Below are positions 1 through 15,769 of a DNA stretch of 64,000 nucleotides, piece by piece (positions within the stretch are counted from its first letter, which is position 1; every line of letters starts with the position of its first letter). The DNA comes from Eledone cirrhosa (taxonomy: Eukaryota): NCBI GenBank assembly GCA_964016885.1, contig OZ024745.1, forward strand, positions 134,416,001 to 134,480,000, read 5' to 3'. Under the pieces are notes generated by a model, which was given only the letters and a program-made list of their open reading frames with translations, searched no databases and was not told where the DNA came from. The position numbers and the translations under genes are program-made.

Positions 1-48
1 ATATATATGTATGTATATCTATATATATATATATATATGTATGTATAT

Positions 49-114
<66 letters not shown>

Positions 115-165
115 TGTATGTATATATATATATATCTATATATATATATATATATATGTATGTAT

Positions 166-199
<34 letters not shown>

Positions 200-347
200 T
201 GTATGTATATATATATGTATGTATGTATATATATATGTATGTATATATATATATATGTATATATATGTATGTATATATGTATGTATGTATATATATATAT
301 ATATATGTATGTATATATATATGTATGTATGTATATATGTATGTATG

Positions 348-383
<36 letters not shown>

Positions 384-493
384 TATGTATGTATATATAT
401 ATGTATGTATGTATATATATATGTATGTATATATATATATATGTATATATATGTATGTATATATATATGTATGTATGTATATATGTATGTATG

Positions 494-542
<49 letters not shown>

Positions 543-1276
543 ATATATATATATGTATGTATATATATATGTATGTATATATATATATGTATGTATATAT
601 ATATATGTATGTATATATATATATATGTATGTATGTATATATATATGTATGTATGTATATATATATGTATGTATGTATATATATATGTATGTATGTATAT
701 ATATATGTATGTATGTATATATATATGTATGTATGTATATATATATGTATGTATATATATATATATGTATGTATATATATATATATGTATGTATATATAT
801 ATATATGTATGTATATATATATGTATGTATGTATATATATATATATGTATGTATATATATATATATGTATGTATATATATATATGTATGTATATATATAT
901 ATATGTATGTATATATATATATATGTATGTATATATATATATATGTATGTATATATATATATATGTATGTATATATATATATATGTATGTATATATATAT
1001 GTATGTATGTATATATATATGTATGTATATATATATATATGTATGTATATATTTATATGTATGTATATATATATATGTATGTATATATATATATATGTAT
1101 GTATATATATATATATGTATGTATATATATATATATGTATATATATATATGTATGTATATATATATATATATGTATATATATATGTATGTATATATATAT
1201 ATGTATGTTATATATATATGTATGTATATATATATGTATGTATATATATATATATGTATGTATATATATATATATG

Positions 1277-1324
<48 letters not shown>

Positions 1325-1411
1325 TATATGTATGTATATATATATATATGTATGTATATATATATATGTATGTATATATATTATATGTATGTATATATAT
1401 ATATATATATG

Positions 1412-1454
<43 letters not shown>

Positions 1455-1473
1455 ATATATATATATATGTATG

Positions 1474-1508
<35 letters not shown>

Positions 1509-1555
1509 GTATGTATATATATATGTATGTATGTATATATATATATATATGTATG

Positions 1556-1586
<31 letters not shown>

Positions 1587-1966
1587 ATATATATATGTAT
1601 GTATATATATATGTATGTATATATATATGTATGTATATATATATGTATGTATATATATATATGTATGTATGTATATATATATGTATGTATATATATATAT
1701 ATGTATGTATATATATATATATGTATGTATATATATATATGTATGTATATATATATGTATGTATGTATATATATATGTATGTATATATATATATATGTAT
1801 GTATATATATATATGTATGTATATATATATGTATGTATGTAATATATATGTATGTATGTATATATATATATATGTGTGTATATATATATGTATGTATATA
1901 TATATATATATGTATGTATATATATATGTATGTATATATATATGTATGTATATATATATATGTATG

Positions 1967-2001
<35 letters not shown>

Positions 2002-2359
2002 GTATGTATTATATATATATATGTATGTATATATATATATATATGTATGTAATATATATATATGTATGTATATATATATATGTATGTATATATATATGTA
2101 TGTATATATATATATATATGTATGTATATATATATATATGTATGTATATATATATATATGTATGTATATATATATATATGTATGTATATATATATATATA
2201 TGTATGTATATATATATATGTATGTATGTATATATATATATGTATGTATGTATATATATATATATGTATGTATATATATATATGTATGTATGTATATATA
2301 TATATGTATGTATGTATATATATATATATGTATGTATATATATATATGTATGTATGTAT

Positions 2360-2400
<41 letters not shown>

Positions 2401-2520
2401 TATGTATATATATATGTATGTATGTATATATATATATGTATGTGTATATATATATGTATGTGTATATATATATATGTATGTATATATATATATATGTATG
2501 TATATATATATATATGTATG

Positions 2521-2551
<31 letters not shown>

Positions 2552-2632
2552 ATATATATATATGTATGTATATATATATATATGTATGTATGTATATATA
2601 TATATGTATGTATATATATATATGTATATATG

Positions 2633-2685
<53 letters not shown>

Positions 2686-2793
2686 GTATATATATATGTA
2701 TGTATATATATATATATATGTATGTATATATATATATATATGTATGTATATAATATATATATGTATGTATATATATATATATATGTATGATAT

Positions 2794-2827
<34 letters not shown>

Positions 2828-3022
2828 GTATGTATGTACTATATATATGTATGTATGTATATATATGTATGTATGTATATATATATGTATGTATGTATAT
2901 ATATATATATGTATGTATATATATATATATATGTATGTATATATATATATATATGTATGTATATATATATATATATGTATGTATATAATATATATATATG
3001 TATGTATATATATATATATATG

Positions 3023-3055
<33 letters not shown>

Positions 3056-3174
3056 GTATATATATGTATGTATGTATGTATGTATATATATATATGTATG
3101 TATGTATATATATATGTATGTATGTATATGTATGTATTATATATATATATATGTATTATATATATATATGTATG

Positions 3175-3209
<35 letters not shown>

Positions 3210-3338
3210 GTATGTTTAATATATATATGTATGTAGTATATATATATGTATTATGTATATATATATGTATGTATGTATGTATATATATATGTATGTATGT
3301 ATATATGTATGTATGTATATGTATATATATATGTATGT
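1..3338. repeat. Compound (TA)n/(TATG)n microsatellite
   Basis: Almost pure alternating TA with interspersed TG/TATG units. Confidence 0.98.
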
Positions 3339-3971
3339 CAGGTCACCAGTTGGTGCTACTGTAACATGTATCCCAGTACAACCTGTCTCATGGTCGGGTC
3401 GTTGGCGACTAAACTGGCAACCCCACCAAGGTTTCTTGGTGAGGAGGGTGACTTTGGACATCCTGCAGGACTAAAAACAAAACCTGTCAAAGGGCAAAGG
3501 AGCTCTTAAGAGTCAATGGCCATGCAAAATCACCGGGAGAGATGACTCCTTTAGCCTTAGTCAAGGCAGAATCTAGGAGAAGGAAAACTCTGATATAACA
3601 CCTGCAACCCTGATGGTATCCAATGATGTTGACTTGTTCTTCTTTTTGGTAAATAGCATCTTGGTTAAGAGAGTGGGACTGGCTTTGTGCAGTGCCTTTG
3701 CTCACTATAAAAGCTTCACGGCACAGGCATTGCTTTATATCTGGAGATCTCTCTGCACTTGTCCTCACATGGGCCCAGCACTATGTGTCAATAATTGTCC
3801 TACCATGGGCCTAGCACTATGTGTCAATGATTGTCACAGGTGTAGTGTTTGTACCAGAGGTTTCAAGTCGCTGGCTGGACTAAAAAGTCACACTCGTTCA
3901 GCGCTTCGGTAGGGGTTATCCTACATGGATGTAAAGTAGTGGCCGTACTCGAAAACGAGTTGGCAGCCACC
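3339..3971 (+). mobile_element. Non-autonomous RTE LINE derivative (structured 5' head, C-terminal zinc-finger remnant, RTE 3' tail)
   Basis: 3' part encodes CSVCTRGFKSLAGLKSHTRS, like the last finger of the RTE at 21377 (CRLCARHFRSLAGLKSHIRS). The tail gtggccgtactcgaaaacgagttggcagccacc resembles that element's tail (atggccatactcgataacaaggggcagccatc). No RT or endonuclease is present. Confidence 0.7.
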
Positions 3972-5480
<1,509 letters not shown>

Positions 5481-5482
5481 AA

Positions 5483-7422
5483 ACCTTTGCAAAGGCCTTC
5501 TTTAAATTTGCAAAAGAAACTGCCTCAGTACACTGCAAGATTGGACCTCTCTTCCACACGGACGGTTCATTAACCGAAAATCCCCAAGAGATATGTGAAA
5601 TACTGAACGAACAGTACAAAAGTGTCTTCACATGTCCACTGAGGCACATGCAAATAACGAAGCCAGAGGAGTTCTTTGATGCCACAACACTACATCAAGA
5701 AATGGCAACCATCAACCACATAGACATAACGGAGGAGGATGTGGTGTACGCCATTGATGAAATTAGAACAGACTCGGCTGCTGGACCTGATGGATTCCCA
5801 GCAGTTCTCCTAAAAATATGTAAGCGGGCCTTAGCAACTCCACTGAAGATGCTCTTCAGAAGCTCCTTGGCTAGCGGTGTACTACCCAGGGAGCTGAAAG
5901 AAGGCACAATATGCCCTATCCATAAAGGAGGTAGTAGAACAGAGGCCAAGAACTATAGGCCAGTCTCCCTGACGTCGCATATCAGTAAGGTCATGGAGCG
6001 AGTCGTCAGAAAGAAACTAATCACTTTCCTCGAAGAAAATGACCGCCTGACTAGCACGCAACATGGCTTCCGCCCAGGAAGAAGCTGCCTTACACAGCTG
6101 CTACATCACTACGACTGGGTACTGAGACAACTACTAGACAGCTCACATGTAGACGTGATATATCTTGACTTTGTGAAGGCCTTTGACAAGGTCGACCACG
6201 GAATGATATGTCACAAACTACACGGACTCGGCATAACTGGAAAAGTAGGTGAGTGGCTGCATAGCTTCCTAAGGGACAGAAGCCAGGCAGTCGCAGCAAA
6301 TGGAGCCCTCTCGAGGGAAACACCGATAACAAGTGGGGTGCCTCAGGGGACAGTCCTGGGACCACTACTGTTTTTGGTGGCTCTCTCGGACATGCCCTCT
6401 GTGGTGCATGCAACAACATCCCTCACTAGCTATGCTGATGACACTAAGGTAGCACAGGCAATCAAAAACCCGGCTGACGCTGCCCTCTTACAGCAGGATC
6501 TGGATGCCATATACAGATGGGCGGAAGAAAACAACATGCAGTTTAATGCTGGCAAATTCCAAGCCCTACAATACAAACCTGCAAACACAAACACAAATAT
6601 AGCGGAACACAGCTACACAGGACCAGGAGGGACCGATATCCCCGTGTCAAAATCGATACGAGACCTGGGCATAGACATGAGCGATGATGCATCTTTTTCT
6701 TCACACATCATGAAGGTGGCGACAGCATGTAGACGATTCGCTGGCTGGATCTTGAGGACTTTCCTTACAAGAGATCGAGACACCATGTTGACACTGTGGA
6801 GGACTTTTGTTCTAAGCCGCCTGGACTACTGCTCCCAGCTGTGGTCACCCCATAGTGTCAAACTAACCACGGAGCTTGAGGCAATCCAGCGAAGCTACAC
6901 CAAGAGGATTGCCAAGATGAGGGAGACAAGCTACTGGGAGAGGCTGAAGGAACTGAACCTCTACTCCTTGGAGCGAAGACGGGAGAGATACGCAGTGATC
7001 TACATGTGGAAAATCCTGGAGGGACTAGCACCAAACTTTGGCATTGGGAGCTGGACCAACCGTCGAACAGGACGTCACTGTGTGGTGCCAAAGGTCCCGT
7101 CTTCCACATCTAGAATAAGGAGCAGGTATTGCAATAGCCTGGGATTCAAGGGCCCTCAACTCTTCAACAGGCTGCCGAGGCATCTGCGAGACTTGCATGA
7201 CGTGGAGGTGGATGTCTTTAAGAAACATCTCGACACCTTGTTATCCAGGATCCCGGATGAGCCCACAGCAAGACACGAGGGAAACCTAAGGGCAGCAGCA
7301 ACAAACTCCCTCCTACACCAGTGGCCAACCTATACAGGCTGGAGATAAAATGTGTAGCAACAAGGGCGGTGCCCCAGCATGGCCTCAGCTGGATGGCTGA
7401 AACAGGTAAAACAGTAAAAGAG
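5483..7422 (+). mobile_element. 5'-truncated CR1/L2-group LINE with uninterrupted RT ORF (frame open from about 5483 to 7348) and 3' tail
   Basis: RT motifs AAGPDG, NYRPVSLT, QHGFRPGRSC, YLDFVKAFDKVDH, GVPQGTVLGPLLF, SYADD, RDLG and LDYCSQLWSP. The frame extends upstream of the ATG at 5648 (KAFFKFAK...). No endonuclease domain. Confidence 0.95.
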
Positions 7423-7604
7423 TATATATATATATGTGTTTATATATGTATATATATATATGTGTGTTTATATATGTATATATATATATGTGTTTATATA
7501 TATATTTATGTATATATATATGTGTTTATATATATATGTATATATATATATGTATATATATATATGTGTTTATATATATATATGTGTTTATATATATATA
7601 TGTG

Positions 7605-7639
<35 letters not shown>

Positions 7640-8255
7640 GTATATATATATATGTGTGTATATATATATGTGTATATATATGTGTATATATATATGTGTA
7701 TATATATATGTGTATATATATATGTGTATATATATATGTGTATATATATATATGTGTATATATATATGTGTATATATATATGTGTATATATATATGTGTG
7801 TATATATATATGTGTGTATATATATATGTGTATATATATATGTGTATATATATATATGTGTATATATATATATGTGTATATATATATATGTGTATATATA
7901 TATATGTGTATATATATATATGTGTATATATATATATATGTGTATATATATGTATATATATATATATATGTGTATATATATGTATATATATATATGTATA
8001 TATATGTATATATATATATGTGTTTATATATATGTGTATATATATATATTTATATGTATATATATGCATATATATGTATATGTATATGTATATGCATATA
8101 TATATATGTATATGTATATGCATATATATATATGTATATGTATATATATATATGTATATGTATATGCATATATATATATGTATATGTATATGCATATATA
8201 TATATATGTATATGTATATGCATATATATATATATGTATATGTATATGCATATAT

Positions 8256-8286
<31 letters not shown>

Positions 8287-8472
8287 TATATATATATGTA
8301 TATGTATATGCATATATATATATATGTATATATATATGTATATACATATATATATATGCATAATGCATATATATAAATGTATATATGTATGTATATATAT
8401 ATGTATATATATATATATATGCATATATATATGTATATATATATGCATATATATATGCATATATATATATGC

Positions 8473-8503
<31 letters not shown>

Positions 8504-8554
8504 TATGCATATATATATGTATATATATATATATATATGCATATATATATATGC

Positions 8555-8585
<31 letters not shown>

Positions 8586-8920
8586 TGCATATATATGTAT
8601 ATATATATATATATATATATGCATATATATATGTATATATATATATATATATATATGCATATATATATGTATATATATATATATGCATATATATGTATAT
8701 ATGTATATGTATATATATATATGTATATATATATATGTATATGCATATATATATATGTATATGTATATATATATATGTATATATATATATGTATATATAT
8801 ATATGTATATGCATATATATATATGTATATGCATATATATATATGTATATGCATATATATATATGTATATGCATATATATATATACGTATATATGCATAT
8901 ATATATATATGTATATATGC

Positions 8921-8952
<32 letters not shown>

Positions 8953-9443
8953 GCATATATATATATGTATATATATATGTATATGTATATGCATATATAT
9001 ATATATATGCATATATATATATGTATATGTATATGTATATGCATATATATATATGTATGTATATATATATATGTATATGTATATGCATATATATATATGT
9101 ATATGTATATGTATATATATATATATATGCATATATATATATGTATATGTATATGTATATATGCATATATATATATGTATATATATATATGCATATATAT
9201 ATATGTATATATTTATGTATATGTATATGTATATATGCATATATATATATGTATATATATATATGCATATATATATATGTATATATATATATGTATATAT
9301 ATATATGCATATATATATATGTATATATATATATGTATATATATATATGCATATATATATATGTATATATATATGTATATGTATATGCATATATATATAT
9401 GTATATATATGTATATATATATATATATGCATATATATATATG

Positions 9444-9474
<31 letters not shown>

Positions 9475-9594
9475 GCATATATATATATGTATATATATGT
9501 ATATATATATATGCATATATATATATGTATATATATGTATATATATATATGCATATATATATATGTATATATATATGTATATGTATATGCATAT

Positions 9595-9625
<31 letters not shown>

Positions 9626-9626
9626 T

Positions 9627-9657
<31 letters not shown>

Positions 9658-9793
9658 TATGTATATATATATGTATATGCATATATATATATGCATATAT
9701 ATATGTATATATATATGTATATATGTATGTATATATATATGTATATATATATATATATGCATATATATATGTATATATATATGCATATATATA

Positions 9794-9829
<36 letters not shown>

Positions 9830-9833
9830 TATA

Positions 9834-9864
<31 letters not shown>

Positions 9865-10425
9865 GCATATATATATGCATATATGTATATATATATATAT
9901 GCATATATATATATGTATATATATATATATATGCATATATATATGCATATATGTATATATATATATATATGCATATATATATGTATATATATATATATAT
10001 GCATATATATGTATGTATATATATATATGTATATATATATATGTATATATATATATATGTATATATATGTATATGTATATATATATATGTATATATATGT
10101 ATATGTATATATATATATGTATATATATATATGTATATGCATATATGTATATGTATATATATATATGTATATATATGTATATATATATATGTATATATAT
10201 ATATGTATATATATGTATATGTATATATATATATGTATATATATATATGTATATGCATATATATATATATGCATATATATATATATGTATATGTATATAT
10301 ATGTATATGTATATATATATATGTATATGTATATATATGTATATGCATATATATATATATGTATATGTATATATATATATGTATATGTATATATATGTAT
10401 ATGCATATATATATTTATGTATATG

Positions 10426-10456
<31 letters not shown>

Positions 10457-10858
10457 GTATATGCATATATATATATGTATATGCATATATATATATGTAT
10501 ATGCATATATATATGTATATATGCATATATATATATATATATATATCCATATATATATATATGCATATATATATATATATATATGCATATATATATATAT
10601 ATATGCATATATATATATGTATATGTGTATATATATATGTATATGTGTATATATATATGTATATGTGTATATGTGTATATGTATATATATATGTATATGT
10701 GTATATGCATATATGTATATATATATATGCATATATGTATATGTATATATGCATATATATGCATATATGTATATATATATATGCATATATGTATATGTAT
10801 ATATGCATATATATATATATATATATATGCATATATATATGTATATATATATATGTAT
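7423..10858. repeat. Compound TA microsatellite with TG/TGTT then TGCA variants
   Basis: Alternating purine-pyrimidine repeat of about 3.4 kb. Confidence 0.98.
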
Positions 10859-11210
10859 GCGAGTCACGTGGCTTAGTGGTTAGAGCATTGGCCTTGCAAT
10901 CGAAAGGTTGTGAGTTCATTTCTCAGACCGGGTGATGTGTTGTTTCCTTGTGCAAGACACTTTATTTCACATTGCTCCAGTTTACTCAGCTGTAGAAATG
11001 AGATGATAGGGACTGGGGTCCATATCATCCCACTGCAAAGTGGTCGTGGAGGTGCCATGGCAAAAAAGCACCCAGCACTCACTGTAAATGAGGTTGGTAT
11101 TAGGAAGGGCATCCAGCTGTAGAAATCAAGCCAGAATCAGTTCCTCTCCCACCCTTGCAAGCATGGAAAACAGCGGACGTAAAATGAAATGATGATGATG
11201 AATGATGATG
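10859..11210 (+). mobile_element. tRNA-headed SINE with RTE-derived body and tail
   Basis: A-box tggcttagtgg (10869-10879) and B-box-like gagttcatttc (about 10912). These are followed by gttggtattaggaagggcatccagc and the RTE-type tail acccttgcaagcatggaaaacagcggacgtaaaatg(atg)n. Confidence 0.85.
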
Positions 11211-11389
11211 CGTACATATATGTATATATGCATGTATATATATATATATATATATATATGCATATATATATGTATATATGCATATATATATGTATATATG
11301 CATATATATATATGTATATATGCATATATATATGTATATATATATGCATATATATATATGTATATGTGCATATATAAAAATATATACTT

Positions 11390-11660
11390 TTTGATCCCCT
11401 ATGGCCTGCATTAGAAAAACTGAGTTTTTTCAGCATTTTAGTGGTTTTTTTAGACGTTACGTCAGACCTATTTTCTTGAAATTATAACTATGTATTAATC
11501 AGTATCTTCTTCATATCCTGAGCAAAGAAAATCCAACTTTTTTTATGGCCTAGGGCGCGCATTAGGTGAAAAACTTCATTTTTTTTTTCAGCTTTTTAGG
11601 GCTTCTTTGAGGCGTTACCTCTAAATCGCATTCAGAGTTATTTCCCTTGGAATAAAAAAT
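11390..11660 (+). mobile_element. Fragment related to the Helitron at 28691-29640
   Basis: cctagggcgcgcattaggtgaaaaac...tttttagggc resembles the reverse complement of 29430-29490. Confidence 0.55.
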
Positions 11661-11719
11661 TTTAAAGATTATCCAGCCATCAGAGTATTCGGTTTATTTT
11701 CTTTACATATTATCCATCA

Positions 11720-11890
11720 ATTTGTTGATTAAATCAACTCCAATGCGTTACTGGTACTTTATTTTATTGACCCTGTCAGGATGAAAGACGAAGCTAACCT
11801 CAGCAGGATTTGAACTCAGAATGTAAAGAACCATAACTGTATGTTCCAAAGCATGTTGTCTGACTCTATTGATACTGCCAATCCACCATC
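11720..11890 (-). mobile_element. tRNA-derived SINE (ctttgcctttcatcc...gtcgataaaataaagtaccag family)
   Basis: Reverse complement of the family seen at 28311, 39590 and 57940. Confidence 0.75.
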
Positions 11891-12856
11891 CTCATTTATT
11901 CAATCTACCACACTTATATCCAATGATATGTTGTTAACCTCCAATGTTTTCATGTTTATATTCTACATTTTCAAAGCCTTGTGTATATATACTGTTATAA
12001 AATATATCTTATTACAATCACACCTTCTCATGTCAACAACTGTTTATCAATAGATGTACATATCAATAATAAAATACTATATTGATTCTTGCTCCACACT
12101 CTGTATACTCAATCTAAAATCAGTACACTATATCCCCACATGCTGTAAGAGGCAACTAAAACATTACCTTGGAAAGACACCATGATGAATAAGAAGCCTG
12201 TTGTGGGGCTTACAAGGTTTATTTCTACTTTAACAAAGGGAATGACCTTAAAATCATGTTCCATGTTAGATTGATTCTTACTCAATTTTTTAATTTATTG
12301 CTCCTGTTCGATATTGGCATGGTTGTGTGATTAAGAAGTTTGCTTTGTCTCCACATGGTTTCAACTTACGTCTCACTGTGTGGCGCTTTGGACAATTGTC
12401 TTCTCCTGCACCCTCAGGTTGATCAGTGCCTTGTGAGCTCAATTTCATAAACAGAAACTATACTGAGAGTAGTTCTCTTAGCATGGTGACTCTGCAGCTC
12501 ATCATGCATCAAATACAAACTCTGATTTGTGGTTTTTCTAGTCTTCACATCTCAAACATTCCATATTCCACTACTCTGGAAGTTGAGCTCCAACACTGAC
12601 TGTAATCTACCTGGGGATCACCTCAACTTTCACTTACAATGATGAAATGCAAGAGGACTATCAACTTCTCTACTAAATATATGTGTAATATATATACAGT
12701 GAAATTCTGTTATAACGAAATTCATAGGGTATAAAAAAATTTGTTGTAACGAAAAATTCTTTATAACAAGATCGACCTAACACATCGAGTGTGTGGCCGG
12801 GGATTGAAAAAAAATTTGTTATACTGAAAAATTCATTATACAGAATTTTACTATAT

Positions 12857-13345
12857 ATCATCATCATTTTACGTCTGCTTTTCCCTGCTTGCAAGGGTGG
12901 GACGGGTCCTATTCAGCACGGCATCTCTCCACTTGTCACTGTTCTTTGTCATCTCCTCTGTGAACTTCAGCGATCTGAGATCTGCTCTCACCACCTCCAC
13001 CCATGTTTTTCGTGACCTTCCTAGACTGCGTCTTCCTTCTACTGGGATTTCTTGGCACTTTTTTACCCAGTGGTTATCCTCCATGCACATCACATGTCCA
13101 TACTACCTCAGTCTTCTCTCCCGCACACTACAGCTTATCCCTCTTATACAGTTTCTCTCTCAACTCATCTATTTGGTTGTTCACACACATTGACATTGCA
13201 CATCCAACGGAGCATACTCGCTACATTTCTCTTCAACCGTTGCATATCCTCCACAGTTTCTGCCCATGTCTCACTGCCATGCAGCATCGTGCATCTCGCA
13301 CACGCATCATATAACCAGCCTTTCGTTTGTAGGGAGAAGCCGTTT
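12857..13345 (-). mobile_element. RTE LINE 3' fragment
   Basis: RPRKTW-like and VVRADLR region followed by the tail acccttgcaagcagggaaaagcagacgtaaaatgatg; matches the copies at 53360 and 61015. Confidence 0.9.
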
Positions 13346-13876
13346 TATATATGATTGATTAAATAAACCCTTCAAGATATTGGTCCATCATGGCCACAGT
13401 CTAACAAATGAAACCAGTAAAAGAATAAAAGTATTCAGTATCTTTCTAGAAGTTAGTATTACAAAGTAAATGTTTTTTTCAAAAACTTCACTTTTCAGCC
13501 ATTTTCCTGGGTTTTTTATCTCTTGATATATCAAGGCAGAACAATCACATACTGTATAGTAAACCATCATGTATTTGATACTTTGTTAAATTATGCTTCA
13601 AACATCAACTAAATAATGAAAAAATTAGTTATATTACTAAACCTTTTCAAATTCTTAATTATTTGAAAATCATATGCAGTGTTTTGCTTAAAAATATGGT
13701 AATGAAAGGGTTAATCAATCAGAAATTGATTTTGTGCATTTTTTTCTTATACTCACCCCACTTTTGATATCAAATTTCATGCAGTACAATGTTATTTGTT
13801 GTAAAGTGTTTATATTTATCTAAAACTCTTCCATTATAATTCTATATGTGAAGTTATGCTCCAAATACCAGCTTAA

Positions 13877-14148
13877 CCCTTTAGCATTTACATTACTCTA
13901 TATATACTATTGTATTTTCATGGTAAAGGCTTTACCTCACCTCACATAACATTTACATTACACTATATATACTATTGTAAAGTGAGGTAAAGGCTTTACC
14001 TCACATAATATCGAATCTATGAGATTTTGATATAATTTATTTTGAGAACAATACCTCAACAGTAATATGAGCAGCCAGTTACAGGTGGTTTGAACATAAA
14101 GAGGTGAGAGAATTCTGGCCAGATATGACCGGTTTAAATGCTAAAGGG
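13877..14148. mobile_element. piggyBac-type MITE
   Basis: TTAA|ccctttagcattta ... taaatgctaaaggg|TTAA: terminal inverted repeats with a TTAA duplication. Confidence 0.85.
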
Positions 14149-14650
14149 TTAATAAAAAAAGAAAGTTAGTTATATTACTAAATACTTTTAAATTCTGATT
14201 CCTTTTTAAAAGGATTTGAAAGCCATATGTTGTGTCTTTCATTTGAAATATGGTTATGAAAGGGTTAAATATTATCATTCATTAAAGCAGCTGGATCTGA
14301 TTCGGCCATTATTGTTAGCAGGTCATGACTGGAATACGTAGATTTGTTCAGTTAGAGCTGATCTGAGACTAAACAACAACTACTCTATGATAACTATGTA
14401 ACTACTGCCATCTCTTGATAATTAAATTTTATAGTCATAATGAAATGCTTACAGTGCACTTTTAACTCCTAATATAACCAGTTTGTGTTGAATTCAAATC
14501 CTACTGTGGGTATATTTCCTCTCTGAAAACAACTTGCTATTTGAATTTATTGTGATCCGATAATATATATTGTATTGTGCTTAACATTTATAAATATTGT
14601 TCTTGTTCTAGGTAAAGTGCTACCTTGATAAACACAACTGCAGGGTCGTT

Positions 14651-14720
14651 ATGGCTAGTGTATGTTCCAGTGATAAGGAGGAATTCTTGCAAATGAAATC
14701 TCCAACAAAAACCACAGAAG
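14651..14720 (+). CDS. Candidate first coding exon A of the TRIM gene (MASVCSSDKEEFLQMKSPTKTTE)
   Basis: Acceptor tcttgttctag at 14611, ATG at 14651, 70 nt open, donor AAG|gtaat. Phase 1, matching the acceptor at 46029. Sits in unique non-repeat sequence. Confidence 0.6.
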
Positions 14721-15769
14721 GTAATATAATTTTACTTGAAGGAAAACAAAATATATGTTACAAGAAAAGAAAATAATCGCGTTTTCATTTTTAGAATTAG
14801 ATTTTGATTAATATCTTTTATTATTGTTGTTTAAGTGGAAGTCAGTGTATCCAGGCTTTCACTGACTAATGTGTCTTTTTTTTAAAAGATGGTGTGGGAT
14901 GATCAAAGCTTGAATACCTTTGATCGTAGGTTTGTTCAATATTGGTTGATCTGAGGTTAAACATCATGTGTGCAAACTTTGTTTTGATTTTTATAATGTG
15001 ACAATGAAATGTTTGTGATTTTTGTAATATATTTATTTATTTTTGCAATAATTTTTAACTCAAACTCATGTTACCTTCAATGAATGAAGACATTAGTGAG
15101 TGAGTCCCCTTTAGTTTCACAAAATTCAAGGCAAACTGACTAGTGTTGGTGCCATGATAAAATGCTCTCAGTATACTCTTTAAAGTAGCTGGTGTTTGAA
15201 TGGAGACAATGTAGGCTTAAGTGGACTCCTGGTGTAGATGTAATAAACTCACTTGTGCTGGTTCCATGATAAAGTGTACCCAATACATTCTGTAAAGGTG
15301 TTGACAATAGGAAAGGCATCCAGCCTTAGAAACTATGCTGAGAATGAAATATATGAGCAAGATGTGGTTCTCTCTCAAACTGTGAAGATCTGCGTAGCTC
15401 ACACCAGAATGGAAAGCAGACATAAAATAATGGTGATGATTTTTAATTTACTCACAAGACCAAACAATTGTGTGGTGGGTTGGGTGGATATAGAGTTGAT
15501 TAAATTACTCTCCTTACTAAACTGGTATTTTATTTTATCCACTCTAGAAAGATTCAAGACAAACTTGATGTGGGTTGAATTTGAACTCAAAACATAAAGG
15601 AACATAATTATATACTACATTTTGTTTGTTGCTCTACGAAGTCCGTCAGCTACTGCTCTCTTTCTGTTTTTATAATTTATACTAAGGAACGGGAGGTGAT
15701 GTTTCCCATATTCATTTCAGGCAGTATGATAGAAACAGCTTCTGAGATTAATAAAGTTAACCATTTTGA

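Noticed and set aside
5648-7348. Prokaryote-type RT system (retron, DGR, group II intron) or domesticated RT gene
   Set aside because: The motifs, 5' truncation and 3' tail are those of an ordinary CR1-group LINE, and there are no accessory genes or template repeats.
10859-10935. tRNA gene (also 28311, 39590, 57940)
   Set aside because: A/B boxes run straight into SINE bodies and tails, and no clean cloverleaf is evident. These are SINE heads.
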